Source: Hydrolagus colliei (taxonomy: Eukaryota). From it: DNA of 64,000 nt. The notes under the pieces are model-generated. The model was not told the origin of the DNA. It did not search any database and saw nothing but the letters and a program-made list of their open reading frames with translations. How positions within the stretch are numbered: the stretch's first letter is position 1; the number at the start of each line of letters is the position of its first letter. Below, in pieces: positions 22,754 through 37,700 of this stretch. The translations under genes and the position numbers were made by a program. The DNA lies in assembly GCA_035084275.1 (NCBI GenBank), contig CM068750.1, positions 8,494,001 to 8,558,000 on the forward strand. The letters run 5' to 3'.

Positions 22754-25700
22754 ATGCATCCATTTGGGAGAGAGGAAGAAGACTCATTGGAGAGACTTTT
22801 CGTGTTCTTCTGCGAATGCTTACGCCAAGGACAATGGGACCTGGCACTGGCCTGTGTACCTCAACTGAGGCAATGGCAAGGTGGTGGAGCAGAGCTAGTG
22901 AAAGAAATTCTTCAGGCAATAGTAGCCTGTCCTTACAAGCTAAGGTGAGAGTTTCAATACTGTATTCAATTTCGTTGCAACATTTCAAAGCTGTCTTGTG
23001 CAGGCATATGGTTCTATTTGTCTTGGCAGCATTTCTATGACTCTCTGTGAGGGCAGTGAGTGTTGGTTGACTGTTTGATCTTTTGAATAAAAACACTACT
23101 TGGTGCAGTACTTGATCATGTAGAAGGTTGAAATTCTGGATTCTGCTGAGTGAGCTGATCTCAGTATGGTTCGGCTCTAGTTTAATGATACTATTGTTAA
23201 ACAAATAATAACAACAAAACCAACAACCAAATGACATTTGTCGAGTGCCTTTCACGCCGGGGGGATGTTTCAACATTAAAACCTTACTTGGAATGATGCC
23301 TGAGAGTTATATGCTTGTGTTTTACATGTTTTTGGTGCAGGTGGGAGTCCACTTCGAGTCCTCACCATCTTGCCTGGTTGTGGCTACTAGAGGTGGAACG
23401 ATGGTGGCCAAAAGATCAGGAGGTAATGGCGTACCTTTATAATTGAAGAATTTCTGTGAACTGTTTGTAATGTAATGTTGCTTTTCTATTTCATTGCCAG
23501 ATACACTATTATTCAGAATTGTGACCCTAACGTACTTAAGTGTATGTTTTGTTGCAACAGATGCTGCTTCCGTCGTTTGCCAGAAGAAAGATTGAATTCT
23601 TTCTACTTCTGGAACAATTGCAACCTGAGGTCTCACAAGATGTAATAAAGGTAATTCTGCCATACTATTTTGATGTTCTGACAACCTTCACTTTACTGGA
23701 AGTGACTCGTTCAAACATGTGGGTCCGTAACTAATATGCCTCAAGTCCAGCTGGTTCCTTGGCCATACGCAATTCTGATGATGGCATTTCTGATGAAGTG
23801 CTTTCCATTTTTGATGTAGAGTGTCCTTATTGAGCATGGCCAACAGCAGAATAAAGCGTGAACCCAGAGCCCTCTGACTTGGAGGCGGGAGTGTTACCAA
23901 CTGAGCTTGGCTGCTATTCCCAAATGAATATGCTTTTGTTCATATTAACAGAACAGGGTGTGCTCTGCAATGTGATTATCTACTTTCTCTGTGTAGGAGC
24001 TGTATGGTGCCTTTTTGAATAGTCATAACCTCGATCTGGTCGTGGAAAAGAACTGGAATTGCTCTCAACTAAGTCTGGAGGCATTGTCCTTCTTGCAACA
24101 CCTATTGCCCAGGCATCCTCGCCTCATGCAGGCTGTGATTGCTTACTTACTGATTGAAAACCCAGACATTGCTGCTGTAGAATACAACTACACACTGCAG
24201 AAACAATTTGTTGACTTCCTGAGGAATGCCTTGTGTTCTCTGAAGGACCCTGAAGATGGGTCTACCTCGGGTGGACGTGAATGTACTGTGAAACAAATCT
24301 ATTTGGTTGTTTCCTTGCTAACTTTCAATGTGGAAAAGCAGTTGTGTGAACTACGACAGTTGTGTGAAGAGCTCTATGATGCCGTATGTACAGTAGAGTG
24401 TGGATTGAATGAAGAGCAATTACTTGGTTGTATGCTGCGGAACCAGGATCATGCTCTGATCAGTTTGTACACTACTGTAGCTACTGACAAGAAAAAAGAG
24501 AAGGTCCTGACACAGATGCTAACTGAAGAAGGTAATGTTCTACAGTCCTCATTTTTAGCTCAACCATTTTTCTCGTTCCTCTTCCTCCTCCCCCCCCCCA
24601 CCCCACCTCAACCCACCCCATATTGAATGTTAGTAATGGAAGACGATCAGTCAAGAGTGGAAATTGTGGGTCAATTAGCACCTGGAAGTGAAAAATGTGT
24701 TAACATTTTTGCAGGAGCTTTCATTGGGAATGTTTTCCAAACAGATGCTTTGCAAATCACACATTTATAAAGCCTTTGTCAAGTCAATTTTCATCAATTG
24801 CGTTCCCAATTTATGTCCCCCCACACCCCCATTCTTTGTGTATTTCCTGGTCAGTGATTCACGCAGAGATTTTGTGCCAGTGACCCTCTAGTCCAGTGTA
24901 AGCAATAGCCAGGATACATATTGCATTAGGTGGGAGGCTGGTCAGAAACTTTCAGTAATCTTACCAATTTTGTTTGGTGTTTAATCACTTTAGGTCTATT
25001 TTAACCTTTCCCTTTTTGTTTTCAGCTTCTCTTGAAGTTTCAGAAGCTGAAAAGATGACACTGGCATTATTTACAGACTCAGAGGAACCTTCTGCCTGGA
25101 AGACAGCTTACTTCTACTGCACAAGCAACAGTAAGCATTTCCTGGAACAGGTTCTGGTACGTGCTGGGACTGGGGGGGAATGGGATATCATGATTTTGCT
25201 TTGTGTAGTTAATGACAGCATCTGGAATAAAAGTTTATGTCAAGAATTGTCTGCAAAATACAATACCTCCTCATCTCCCTGGTGTAGCTCTGCCATGCTT
25301 ATATCACTGGTGTTGTACAGACCTGGGCTAACCAGGAGCTTGATAAACCTGGTTTCTAGTGCTGAGTAACATGATTACTATACTTAAAAATGGCTGTAAA
25401 GATATTCATAACAGATAATTATTCTGTTTCAGAAGGTGTAGAATTATTTATACCCAAGCCAAATTTCTACTGAAATTGGCCTTTGTTAGCACAGGGACAT
25501 TGCAGCAACATTAACAAAGGGGATGCTGTACATTTTTTTTGCGTTGGTGAGCTGTTGTTGTGTGGGCAATGACATGCACACTTTGTTTCTGATAGACGAC
25601 CAAGCCTTTCTGTTTCCTGTGGAGTTGCTGCACACGATTAACTTCTGTTTTCTTGGACCTGCAAACTCAAATTACTTTCATATTTGAGGGAAATCTCAGA

Positions 25701-28700
25701 AATCCAACTGCTGAGAAAGTATCACTTCCTCGTTATATAATGCAGATACTTCCTTAGGTTCTCACTGGGGTAGAAAGTAACGTCCAGTCAAAGCTTCACT
25801 GCCACAGGTGTTATCCCAGGTAGCAAACCCATATGGGCCTCATATGGGCCAATTTGGGTTTATCCATGCCCATATGGGCCCCACATGGGCTTGCTACCTG
25901 GGATGCTCTGGATGCAGCAATAGTGCATCTAGCACTGGTGCTCAGTTGGCTTTGTGAAGCGCTTTGAGACATTCTCCCGACATCAAAAGTGCTACTTAAA
26001 TTCAAAGTGGGAAATATAAATATTTCCCAAATGAGCCTACGTGCAGGACAGTGTAAGTGGTTTTATGCTGGAGCTAAATATTACGAAAGCCGTTATGTGA
26101 CCAAAAAATAACCAGACGTTGAATAGCAGCTCACTCCTCAACAATAAATTGATACACTAGTGTAAGTAGTATTAAAAATATAGTATAGGGCATTAATCTG
26201 ATCCCAAGCTTTAGATAATTATAGCCAATTTTTGTCTTGTGACTTTCTCACTAAGGATACTGCTTTCATATCAACCTCAGGCCTCATTATTATTGCGCAG
26301 TGATAGTATCCCTCTCCACCACTAAATCTACACTAACTGTAGATTCTGTTTGGTAGCCTGGGCCAGTGGGAGCAGCACTGGAATTTGAACACAAAGCCAT
26401 TTGTAGAGCATTTTTCCTGCTTTGCAATAAATTACATTTTAATTTTCAACTGACCAATTAGCTTGGGGCCAGAATAAGAGGCAGATTTAAGCTTTATGAG
26501 CATGTGGTTGGCAGATTGCACTTTTACATTTTCAGTTACCGTAATTTTTATTTTGATAGATCACCGGTCTGGGGTTAATAAAACGTGAGAATTACTGCAC
26601 TTTAAGCAAACTGCTGAAGCGAACATTTAAGCCCCTTTCACGTCTTCTGGTGTTGCTGGGATGGACCTGCTGCCGAAGTCTGGAATCCGCTCAGTCTCTC
26701 CTGCGCACCCTCCATGAAGGCAAGGTAAGCACAACTTTGGTGATGGTGTGAATTTCCCTAGTTATGCATCAGATGGGTTTTTGTTGTGATTTGATGAAAT
26801 CTATTTTATAGTGTCAGCATAAATGCTATGAAGAGACCTGATTCCAGAAGGTAAATGAGCAAGTCTATACGCCATTTTTGCTGCCCGATCCCCACTCATC
26901 CACCCCACCTTTGCTGGGCAAACAACCCATGGGTCTTTACCGAAATGTGATGGTGAGATCCTGGGCCAGACGGTATCATGTTCACTAAAACATCTTCCTG
27001 GCCCCAGAGATTTGAAATCACCATTTTTGTTGCTGGCCTTTGTCTCAAATGATTGATTGGGGGCATGAAATCACTTTGTTTAATTTTGTATATCGCACTA
27101 TGTTTAGGAAGTGTTTAAAACACAACTTTGTGATAACAGAGCAATGTGCTTTCTTTAGGAGCTGTGTTATGATGCTGTATTGCAAGACTTCTGTAGTGCA
27201 CTTTCTACTCACATTGAAGTCCTTGAATGGTGTTTGAAACAGGACAGGTAATCTCCTTGATGTTCTTTCCCTGCCAGCCTTTCTATTCATTTTGGCGTGC
27301 TACATCATTTACATTGATGGCATAAGCAAACCGGTTTCTTCTTGGTGGGATAAATCCTCATTTGAATCCATTATTGAAGGAATGGTTATCTAATGCTAAG
27401 GGACTGTTGCATAGTTGGGAGGACGGTATGTCCAACAGTGCAGCACTCTTACCACATTGTTACCATAAATTAACTGGTACCATCTTGTTATCATAAATTA
27501 ACAGTTCAAATCCTGACATAAATATTATAGTTCTTTAACCTATAAACCTTTAATCAGTAGACCATAATGCTGCCAATTGAGTCAGACTGATTTACACAAA
27601 AACATATACGGTAGATTCCAAGAAGAACATTTGCATTTCTTTTTACTGGTAATTTGTGGGTGTAGAAATTCTACTGTTAATGATAAGCCAAAGACGTTTG
27701 ACATGTTTCTGTTCTTGATGAGATCTTTTCTTCATAAATCCCCAAGCAACATTATACGTAATGAGGATCTTATTCAGCACCTGTACAGTGTGGATTGCCA
27801 TTCCGCGTTGTACAGTCTAAATCGCCTTACCAACCTTCCTGCATTGAAAGTGAAAGATGTCATTGCCCTTCTTCAGAAACAGCCAGCTAATTTCAATGGG
27901 GACAGTAGTAAGTTTCTTTCAATTTATTTCAATAATTTACATATTGTGGGAATATGATGTGCATCGTGTATTTCAAGTGGGAAGACTGAAGAAAAAAATT
28001 CCAATGGTAATGCAGTTTGGATATCGACGGTTTAAATAATCTTAAAATGGTCATGTTGTATTGAACTGAGAGGATAATATTGGGTGAGTTGATTTGATGC
28101 AGATTTTAAAAAATCTGGATAGTAGGAAATGCACAAATGGTACATCCGTCAAAATTCATCTAGTTATTCTCTTGCATGTAGGGGGACGTGGAGATTCTAT
28201 TGCCTTTGTAATCAGTCATTATTAACATGCTGCCTTCTTGTTGTAGGATCACTCGCCATGATTCAGAGACGGAACTTAACGCTCTATCAAGCATTTAGTG
28301 CCATCAAATATGCCATATACTCACTCTGTGTTAATGCTCATGAAGGTTCACAGTGCAAAGATTGCCCATATTCCTCACTGGATATAGCTGTTGAGGATGC
28401 TTCACTTGACAAGGAATTAAATAACGATCAGCTCTTCAGTTCAGGTGACAATAGAATGTCAGAAAGAGCTATCTAAAATTTCCAATTATACTTTCCTCAC
28501 CACCTCCTTATCTAATGGCACTACTGCTTGCTTGGTACAGTTGTGAAGATGCTGGCTGCACTGTGGTATCTTGCCCAAGGCGGGGATTCTTCACTACTAA
28601 GCTGGATAGCACCATTCAACTAGAATTTTGCTTGCGAAGTGACTGTCACATATTGCTGCACAGACAATACAGTCACTGAATTTGACAATATTAACCCGCT

Positions 28701-31700
28701 GAAGCGCTTTGAGCTGTATTGACATTAAAGTGTGTTGAAAATGTGTGCTAATTCTTGCCTTCTATGCCTTTTAATATTTTTTTATTGCCATTTTAGTTTT
28801 CAGCCTATTAAAAATTACAGCGAGTGTTTATTCATTTAATCCTACAGGCTGTTCCAGAGTTTTCAAACTCTACTTCACCAAGTGCCAGACCTTCCTGCGT
28901 GTGATCCCTGCTCCTTTCCGATTGGAGGTGTTGGAGAACATCTTCTCCTTGCTGTTCTTGACCTACAGTGATCTCTGTGGAGATAAAGTAAGGACTGAAG
29001 GACAATTTGGCTTTGAGGAAGAGGGGGAGACTGAACAAACCCAAATAGTTGAGAGTAGCACAGAATCCCCAGAACAGACAGTAGGACGCACTGTAAATGC
29101 CTCCGGTTGTGAGGGTACACGGACAGGTTTGGAAGAGTGTATGCTGCAAAGGAGCTCTGGAATTCTTTACAATGGTTCAATACTGAAGCAGAAGGCAGCA
29201 AAGGCTGAATCAAAAGTCTCAGGCTCTGGATTAGAGAACTTGGAATATCTAGATCTGAAGCATTTTGTGACCAGCACAAACAGTGGGAGTGAAGTTTTAG
29301 TGGATGAAGTGACGATGAGCATATTCCTGGAGATGATTGAGAGCCACCTGGTGGAAATTAAGTGCCAAACTCCCCAGTTCTCTGGAGAGGTGCCTGGCGA
29401 GGATGTGCAGCTCATGGAATGCCTAAGCTGTTCGATTGGTGCCAATGTTTTTGAGAACCGCCTGGCACAGCTTTCCAGGTACATCTCTGAAGCCTTGTGG
29501 AGGTACAAAGTTGTGATGAGCAACAAAACTGCGGGTAAGACTTGGTTTAAAAAAGATTTAGAAAAAATATTGAGTAAAAGTTCAGAAGAGAAATGTACAC
29601 CCCCAAGCAGTATTTGATTCTAAAAGGTTTATACTTGGCATCAAAATGCATCTTACAGACTGTTAGTTTGGCTCAGTTGACTTAATAATAATAATATTTA
29701 TTACATTTGATAAAGTGGATTATCATGTCTTCGAGACGTCTCAAAGCACTTCACAGAATATACTGTAATGTGAATTGATTGTATATTTTTGTGGGCAAAA
29801 TTATACTTGCATATGAGATAGGGGTTTGTTTTGAGCACCACACGAGGATTTAAGCTTATATTAGAAAATGATACCAGTGTACAATTCTCAGGGAGTCTCA
29901 TTCATTAGATGTCCTCCAGATGAGATTATCTACTATTGTTAATGTTTCACAAGTTGTGAAGGACAGGGTGTTCCTCTGGCAGTTCTCTTCGTGTCTCGCA
30001 ATAATGTTTGTATCTTGTGCCCTGTGTAGAGGGAGAACTGTCTTGTTCAACTAAAAAATACCCTGTTCCATCAAAACACCCTGCTTCAAATAGGAGAAGT
30101 AGAACACGAAGAAAGAGGACAGGTAAGATTTTCAGACTGGAGAACAAAATCTGAGCCATAAAATGCAAAGCATGTCAAATCTATGCTGGTGGTTTCTTCA
30201 CATGAACCAACTATAAATTCCACTGAATTCCACTCTCTTGCTTGCCCCACTACTATTTTAATGATCCTCTGATCCTCTTCAAATTAAGATTAACTTTTTT
30301 GAACGGATTTATCATCTCTGCTTAAACTACCGTACACAAATAATTGCCTTAAGACTTTTCTGGGTGAGTGGTTTCAATGGCACTGCTGAGAGTGAAACTG
30401 ATTTCATATTGCTATGTTAGCTGACCTCTGTTGGGAAATTAGTAGGATTGATATAATTGTCAATGTCTCGCCCTAATTAATTTATCACTGAATCCAGCAT
30501 GTCAATAGAGTGTTGCACAGCTAGATATAATCACAACCTATTTGCATTTCCATTTGTCTCTGAAACAACTTTATTCTCTGATTATCCACCGAGACTTCAT
30601 GTATTCTCACAACATGCAGTGGAACTTGACCGTTTCATTTGAACTGAAGTAGAAGTGAATGCGAGTTACCTCAGGCTCAGGATATTTAACTGTTATCAAA
30701 TATCTGATCCACGTTCAATCTGTGGAGCAGCAAACAATTGCCAAGGAAGCTGAAATGGTAGCTGATTTAGAATCGCTATGATTTTCTCACTCAGGTTTAC
30801 TTAGGTTTGATTTTCTGTTTCGACAGAACGCAGCAATGGTTCCCATCTGACAGTGGAGAGTATGAGTGGAGATTTAAGTGCCAGCACCTCAGGTATATAT
30901 GATCATACTCTGAGCACAGGATGTGCCTTTCAATGTATATCTTGTAAATTACCAAACCATTAACTGGTTACAAAATGTCTGACTTGTTTAGTCATTTTGT
31001 AACACAACCTATTTCAAGGTGTGTGTCAGGCAGGATTTCCTTTTCCTCACTATATAATGGTGGCTCTGAGCTGAGCATCGAAACTCAACAGCAAACTCCA
31101 GATTGAAATCCACCTGTAGGTATTTTATATTGTAGTTAACAATATCAGCAAAGCTGGTGAAATGTCATCATTTTGAAAAGGAAAAAATAGGACTGTCCTG
31201 GCCAAGGTTGTTTTGTAGGGTTGAACCGATCTTGTAGTTCTCCAGCATTTCTTTTATTTAGCTCTGTAAAACATTCATTTAGATCATTAATCTTTGCCAG
31301 CATTAATTGCCCATCCTTAGTTTCCCTGATTAAGTGATGGTGAGCTTTGTCTTTTGCAATGAGTTGTTAAAATGATCCGCTGTGTTGTCCTAAGGAACTG
31401 AACCAGTTGATACTTACTAATGTTTAATTGTTCTAGATGGGAGTGTTGGAAATCTGGTCGGTACATCTAAGCCTGGCTGTAGGTCTCCAGCTCAAAAGCG
31501 AAAGCTTCTAATACCCATGATGTTGGCTCCAGCAGAGTCTCTTCTGATTTCCTGCATCTTGAGAGGGAACTTTACTCAAGCACATCAGGTAACATGACTT
31601 CTGTTGGCATGGGTGAGCAGGTAATATTTGTCTTTTTTGAATTACAAAATCTTTTTTAAACCCTGCGTTTGATAGATCGCCTTATCACATCAAAATGTTT

Positions 31701-34700
31701 GAAAATGCCTTGCTGAAATTTTTAGTACAGTTCAGTAATTATGCATTCACATTCCTTAAAATAGTTTGATTTTAAAATAGTTTTATTTAATAGTTGGTGC
31801 CCAGTTTGCAAATGGCAGTGTCCTGGGAAGAGCCGTGAAGTCAGTGTCTAATTTTACCAGGGGAATTATTGTCTTTCAGACACTGAGAGAAAATCAATTT
31901 TCTATTAAAATAATATCATGGGATCTTTAAACTCCTGAACAGGCAGACAGGACTTTGGTTTTTGATATCCCAAGGGTTTTTAGCACCAACAATGCAGTGC
32001 TTTCCTAGAACAGCATTGAAGTGATAGCATACACTGAATCCAAAGTCCCAACATGTGGTTTAAACTCAACCTTCTCACTCAGGCAAGAGTGGAATCAACT
32101 AGCCAGACTGACACATGTTGGTATGGACATTGGTGAAGCTCCTAATTCGACAACAACATCTCCGATCTACAACAACAACAACAACAACTTCGATTTATAT
32201 AGTGCCCTCCATGCCAGACGGCGTCTCAGCGCTTGATTCACACAAATCTTAGCAAGTAACTGGGTTTTACTTGTGCTCTTGGTAGGTTGCACTGATGTTC
32301 AATATGCAGTCTGCCTGCTGCTACGGTGAATTGGTATTTATGGAACGCTATCAACAAGTGATCAGTGAACTCGCCAAAGTAGAACAGAAAATGGAGAACA
32401 CAACGACGGATAACCGCAAGCTAAGTGGAGGTGGCCGGTTTACACTTCAAGCCATCGGCAACGCCGCAGCAGCAGGTAATTCATTTTTATAGGTTTGACA
32501 ACTGGATTACAAATGCCTAAAATAGTAACACTTTTGTGACTTCATCAGACTAAAGAGGTCTAACATTTTAAAATGTGGGCACATGTTCTGACCAATTGAA
32601 CCTGATGTCTTTTCATTTTTCAGGTATGGTGTTTTACTCAATTTCTGATGTGGTGGATAAGTTGATTAATTCATCTGAAGGGGCTAATTCAACACTACTG
32701 GATGATTTCTGGAAGAGTAAAGCAGAGATTGAACCAAATGATCCTCTTTGTGAGCTATTGGATGACCTCAGTGCTGCTGCCATGGCTGTCTTTGACCTTG
32801 CTTGCACCCACTGCCAGCTATGGAAGACCTGCAAACAGTTGCTGGAGACAGCAGAAAGGAAACTCGTGGCTACTTTTGAGGCAAAAGGTAAGAGGACAAT
32901 TGCATTCCACAAAGATTTTAAAGAACCTAGGCTGACAACCTTTTTAGATTAATTTGCAATTCTTAAGGATTTATCAGGTGTAAACAGTTTGGTTGAAGAA
33001 TCCTTGAATGCATTTGATCAGTGTACATAAGAAATAGGAACAGGAGTAGGCCATTCGGCCCATCAAGCCTGCCCCCAACCCGTGTAGAAGCCTGCTATGA
33101 TTTGGTTTTTTAAAAAAACGAAAAAGGACCTCCAATACTTGCGTATCAGATTCATTTTTAAGTATTCAATGATTATATTGAGCTTTGTAGTGAGTCTATC
33201 TGATGTTCCACTTCCACTGAATGCTTTGTTAGTAATAATTAGCAACTGTTTATGGGACTTGCTGTGCACAAATTGGTTGCTGTGTTCATCTAAAAAAAAA
33301 CTGTAGTCGTTGGGTTTTACAGTGTATGCTTAGATGTATTTCCAAAAAGGACACAATATCAAATATAAGGATGATTATTATAATAATTAACAATCTCATT
33401 GTGCTGTATTTTTAATCAATTTCAAAACTTCCTTTAACTAATGTGATAATTAATCTTTGCCAGTTTTTGTTAAAAAGAAATTGTAATCCATAAGGACTGA
33501 GAAAAATAATTGATATTTTGTTGACTGTAACTTCACAGTTTTGTCCAATTCAGAAATTCAGTCCTGTTACCTTGTGTGTTCTCCAGGTCGAAAGATTGAT
33601 TCTGTTCGTTGCTATCCAGATGGAATCCAAGGTTTTCCTGCAGTCCTTCAGCAAATAAATAAAATTCTAAACTGTTCCCACAGTTCACGAGCACCACCCA
33701 AACCCGGTAAAGTAATATTTGTTGGTCTTACAATTATATAAATACGTGTAATTGAATGCAGCATTTATATTGCACCATTGATAGCAATTTACCACAACCA
33801 ACCTTGGTGAGGACTAACACCCAATTTCAAGACTCAGTGCACATCAGTGTTGGGTAAACACATCTTCAAAATCATGTGTAAGCTTACAACAGCCCTAATG
33901 GATACAGTGTTCAGCCTGTATAATCAGGCTCAACTGTCTTCTACTAAAGGGGTGTGTATAACGAGATGGAGCGAGGCCATGATATCATCCATAGCTAAAC
34001 AACCTGCCAACATTCAAAGTCTCATCTATTGGAGGGCACTCATGAAACTGCCCTAGGAGTGCTTGCAGGAGAGACGTAAAGAGAAAATATAACAAAAAAA
34101 ACATTTCAGTGACCTGAGAACGCTCAGTTTGTGAATGGTCACTTTAAGGGATTACTGGTATGACAGTCAAACTGTTGATTTGGAAATGATGAGATCGGCT
34201 TACATTCAGTGACCACCATTTCTTTTATGATACATACACAGGTAATGAAAAGGCTAAACTTGTAAATGTGATTCTCGTACATTGATAGATACCGAGGAGA
34301 GAGCTACCAGTCAGTATAACTGCAGTATAACCGAGCTCCTGCTAATGCGATACCCTGCACTGACTGAGGACTGCATCACAAGCCAACTTATCTTGTTGCA
34401 GTGTTTGGAGAACATCATGAAGAAGCTAGAAGCAGCAATGGATCCCACTGGTTAGTAGCAGAAATAGAACATGTCTGGGAAATTCTTGAATGCTTTTGGA
34501 ACTACAACACGATTCCAAAAATACAAACAGGATGTGTTTTCCTAACTTGAGTTGATTCTCTGTTGAGAGGGATCTCACAGACTAACTGTAATCATTTAGG
34601 TGTTTATAAATGACAAATTTCTGATCTAAGTAGCAAGTCTGGTAATTCTCAACTTTTTTTTTCCCCTTGATTGCTCTTTTATAAGCTCTCCATTACCATT

Positions 34701-37700
34701 TTTTAGATGGTGCTTTGTTACATCCTCTGAGCATGCTCATTTACTACAGTAACCTTATGAATCTAATACTTTTCAAACACAAGTGGATGCAAAACAAGCA
34801 AATCTTATTTGTCTGTTGACAGAGATAAAGGGAAATATACTCACCTGCCTGATGGAACAGACAAGTCTCCGATCCCAGGATTCAGAAGGGCATCCAGTCC
34901 GGAATCAAATGAAGCAGCTGTTGAAGAACCTGGATCAGCAGATCCAGACTGTGAAAGATAACCATATCAGGGCAGACTATGTGCGAAGCTTGTTTGACTA
35001 CATCAATACACTAGCAGCAATACTTGTTCGGAGTATGAATCGAGATCTGGGTAAGGCATGACAATGATGTATCTGAACATGACGATTACCTAAACATGAT
35101 AATTGTGCTTCCGTTTTTCATTTTTCTTCATTTTTCTCACTGAAAACTAAATCTTGAGTTGCTAAGAGAAGCAGCTAAGGCAATTGCCTACCTAGCATGG
35201 TAGTTAGCAATATATCTGATCGAATCCCAGTCTATATTGAGTTAATTGATGATAAAACCGATTGTGATGTGGGGGGGTTTACAAATTGGCCACAGTGAAC
35301 TTGGACTAACTGTTGGCGAAAAGTCATATTGGGTTCCCACTTCTGATTGACAACCAGTGACCCTCCCCACCAGAAAGTGTGCTTGTGAGGGCAGCATTTG
35401 TCTTATAGCCTGCCAGTGCACGCTATCTGAGCTTATACAAGAAGCGCTTTGAGACGTCAAGAAGATGTGAAAAGTGCTATATCAAAAGCAAGTACAATAT
35501 TATTATTATTATAAGTGTCCATTTGAATACATTTGTGGGAAGGATGAGGGAGAGAAATAAAACCAAGATTAGAATGATTAAAACATCTAAGACTAAACAA
35601 ACATGATTGGAACAGCAAATCCATGCTATCCATGAATGAGGTTTCTGAAACTGGTGTGATTTTGGATCATGTTGTTTCAAAGCTAATTCTGTTGCCTTCA
35701 CCCTAGATCAATCTACAGAGGTAAAAGTGGGAAATCCCTTCCTAGTTCTTCGACAGACGCCCTCACAGCTCTTATCACATTTGATGTTTGAGAAATCGGT
35801 GTCACCTGACAGGTACGAGCTACTCTTCAATCAATACTGTTATCACCTAGATAAACAGGAGATTTTAACTTTATTGTAATTTTCTTCTGTCAGTTTGGGG
35901 TTTTGATGCTTAAATACTCACCTCTAAGAAGTGTTAATTGTTAAGGAACTGTGACTCAGCAATGGTGGAAAACTGTCACCGGCAATATTACTTTTTACTG
36001 CTCATTTTCTGGTGAGATGTGTTTATCTGAGGTTGTTGGAGTTGACCTTCAACACAAGGTACTCTTTCCATCTGATCTCTTCTGTGTGTGTGTGTGTGTG
36101 TGTCTATTCTGATAAGTGGATTTAAAAAAATGGAAATTGTGAACTTGGGTTTCCAAATGCCATGAGGGTACAAAATACAGTATTGCATTGCTCAACATAT
36201 ATCTGAGTGAGAGAGTAAAATTCAGTGCTTCTGCTAACGTGATATGTGTTTCACTTAGGTTGTTCTTTTTGCTGCAAAGAGAAGAACTGAACTTAAACAT
36301 ACAGCAGATCATTGTTAGTTGCTGCTGTGAGCATCTGCCTCTGTGGAACAAGAAATCGGGCCAGTGCCCAGCCTTTCTTGCTGAAGTTACTGAACTGATT
36401 GAGAAACACACCAAGGACTGTCTATCTGATTTAGGAATTGAATTTCCAAGCTTGTTCCAGCAGACAGAAGAAAATGTGAAAGAAGAATCCCTGGTAATTT
36501 CTCCAGGTTCCTTGGGTCCGTATTCTTTGATTCCCTCTGCCCTGAGTTTCCTGAAGTCACGCTCAAAGTTGCTGGCCGTTGTTGTCTGCCTGACTGCTAC
36601 CCGTGGTCAAAAGGCGTCGAAACAGAGTCTGTCATGGAAGGAACGTCTGAGTGGTCGCACGGAGACCCCGCTTGACATGGAACAAATCTCCAAGGAGTGT
36701 GAGCAGTTGATGAAAGAATTTCCTGTGCTAGAACACTTTCTCTCTGCAATGGCTGAATCTCTTCAAGGGAGTCAGGAAGAGGACCACAGTCTTGTCAGTT
36801 CTCTGTGTGGTAACCCGAATACCACTCTCCTGTTGTCAGGCCTCCACTCCAAAGCAGCTGTCAACATGCTCATTGAAGGTTTCAGACAGGCTCTGTCTGA
36901 CCGAGATTGGCCTCGTGCATTGAGGGTTCTTGATGTGTATGGTGAAGAGATTGCAGAATTTGAGCAACTCAAAGATATTTTGCTCAGCTGTGCTGCTGTA
37001 CAAAGTAAGTATGGACTTTAAAGTGCTGATGATCAATATACTATTCTATTTACAGAGCCTCTAAAGGTTAAAAAAAACCAGCTCTACTGAGTGGAATTGG
37101 GGAAGAGCAACCATTCTCCCAACAACAGTTGTCCACTACACACCCTTCAGCGTATCCTGTCCAAAGATTACCCATTTTGTTTCCTTCTCTTTTAGATGGT
37201 GGCTGAGCTAATGATGAATTTGTGTTTCTGTGGCAGGTGTGGAAGGTTGGAAGTATCTTTTCCGTGTACAAAATGCTGTTCTCAGAGGTAAACTGACCCT
37301 CCGTTGTTTGGAGAAGTGGCCCCTCGATGCTTGCCTGGAGGTGCTGTCATACTGCTTGAGTGATCCTGGTACAGATGAATTGAAATCAAAGCTGCACACA
37401 AAGAAAAAGGAGTTACAGGTTTACGAGAAGGTACAGAACACTCACTTACAATCGGTACATATATCAATGTAAAGCAGTGAGAAGGGGTGACTGAATGTAG
37501 TCAAATAACATTCCTTCAAATAAATACTTTATTGAATGCTAATGCATACTAGATAGAGGACGTTGCTTTCCAGAATTCCTCATGGTTTTATCTTAAGATC
37601 ATTGCCTTACAATTTAAGATGGGGCAGAATTTTGGAAAATGCAGTCTTAAGTTTGGTTTTCGGAAGTTCTTTGAAAGATTCCCATTGTTTCTAGTCTCTC

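Noticed and set aside
22746-23276. 176-aa antisense ORF over ZFYVE26 exon 2
   Set aside because: Shadow ORF with no recognisable domain or splice support.
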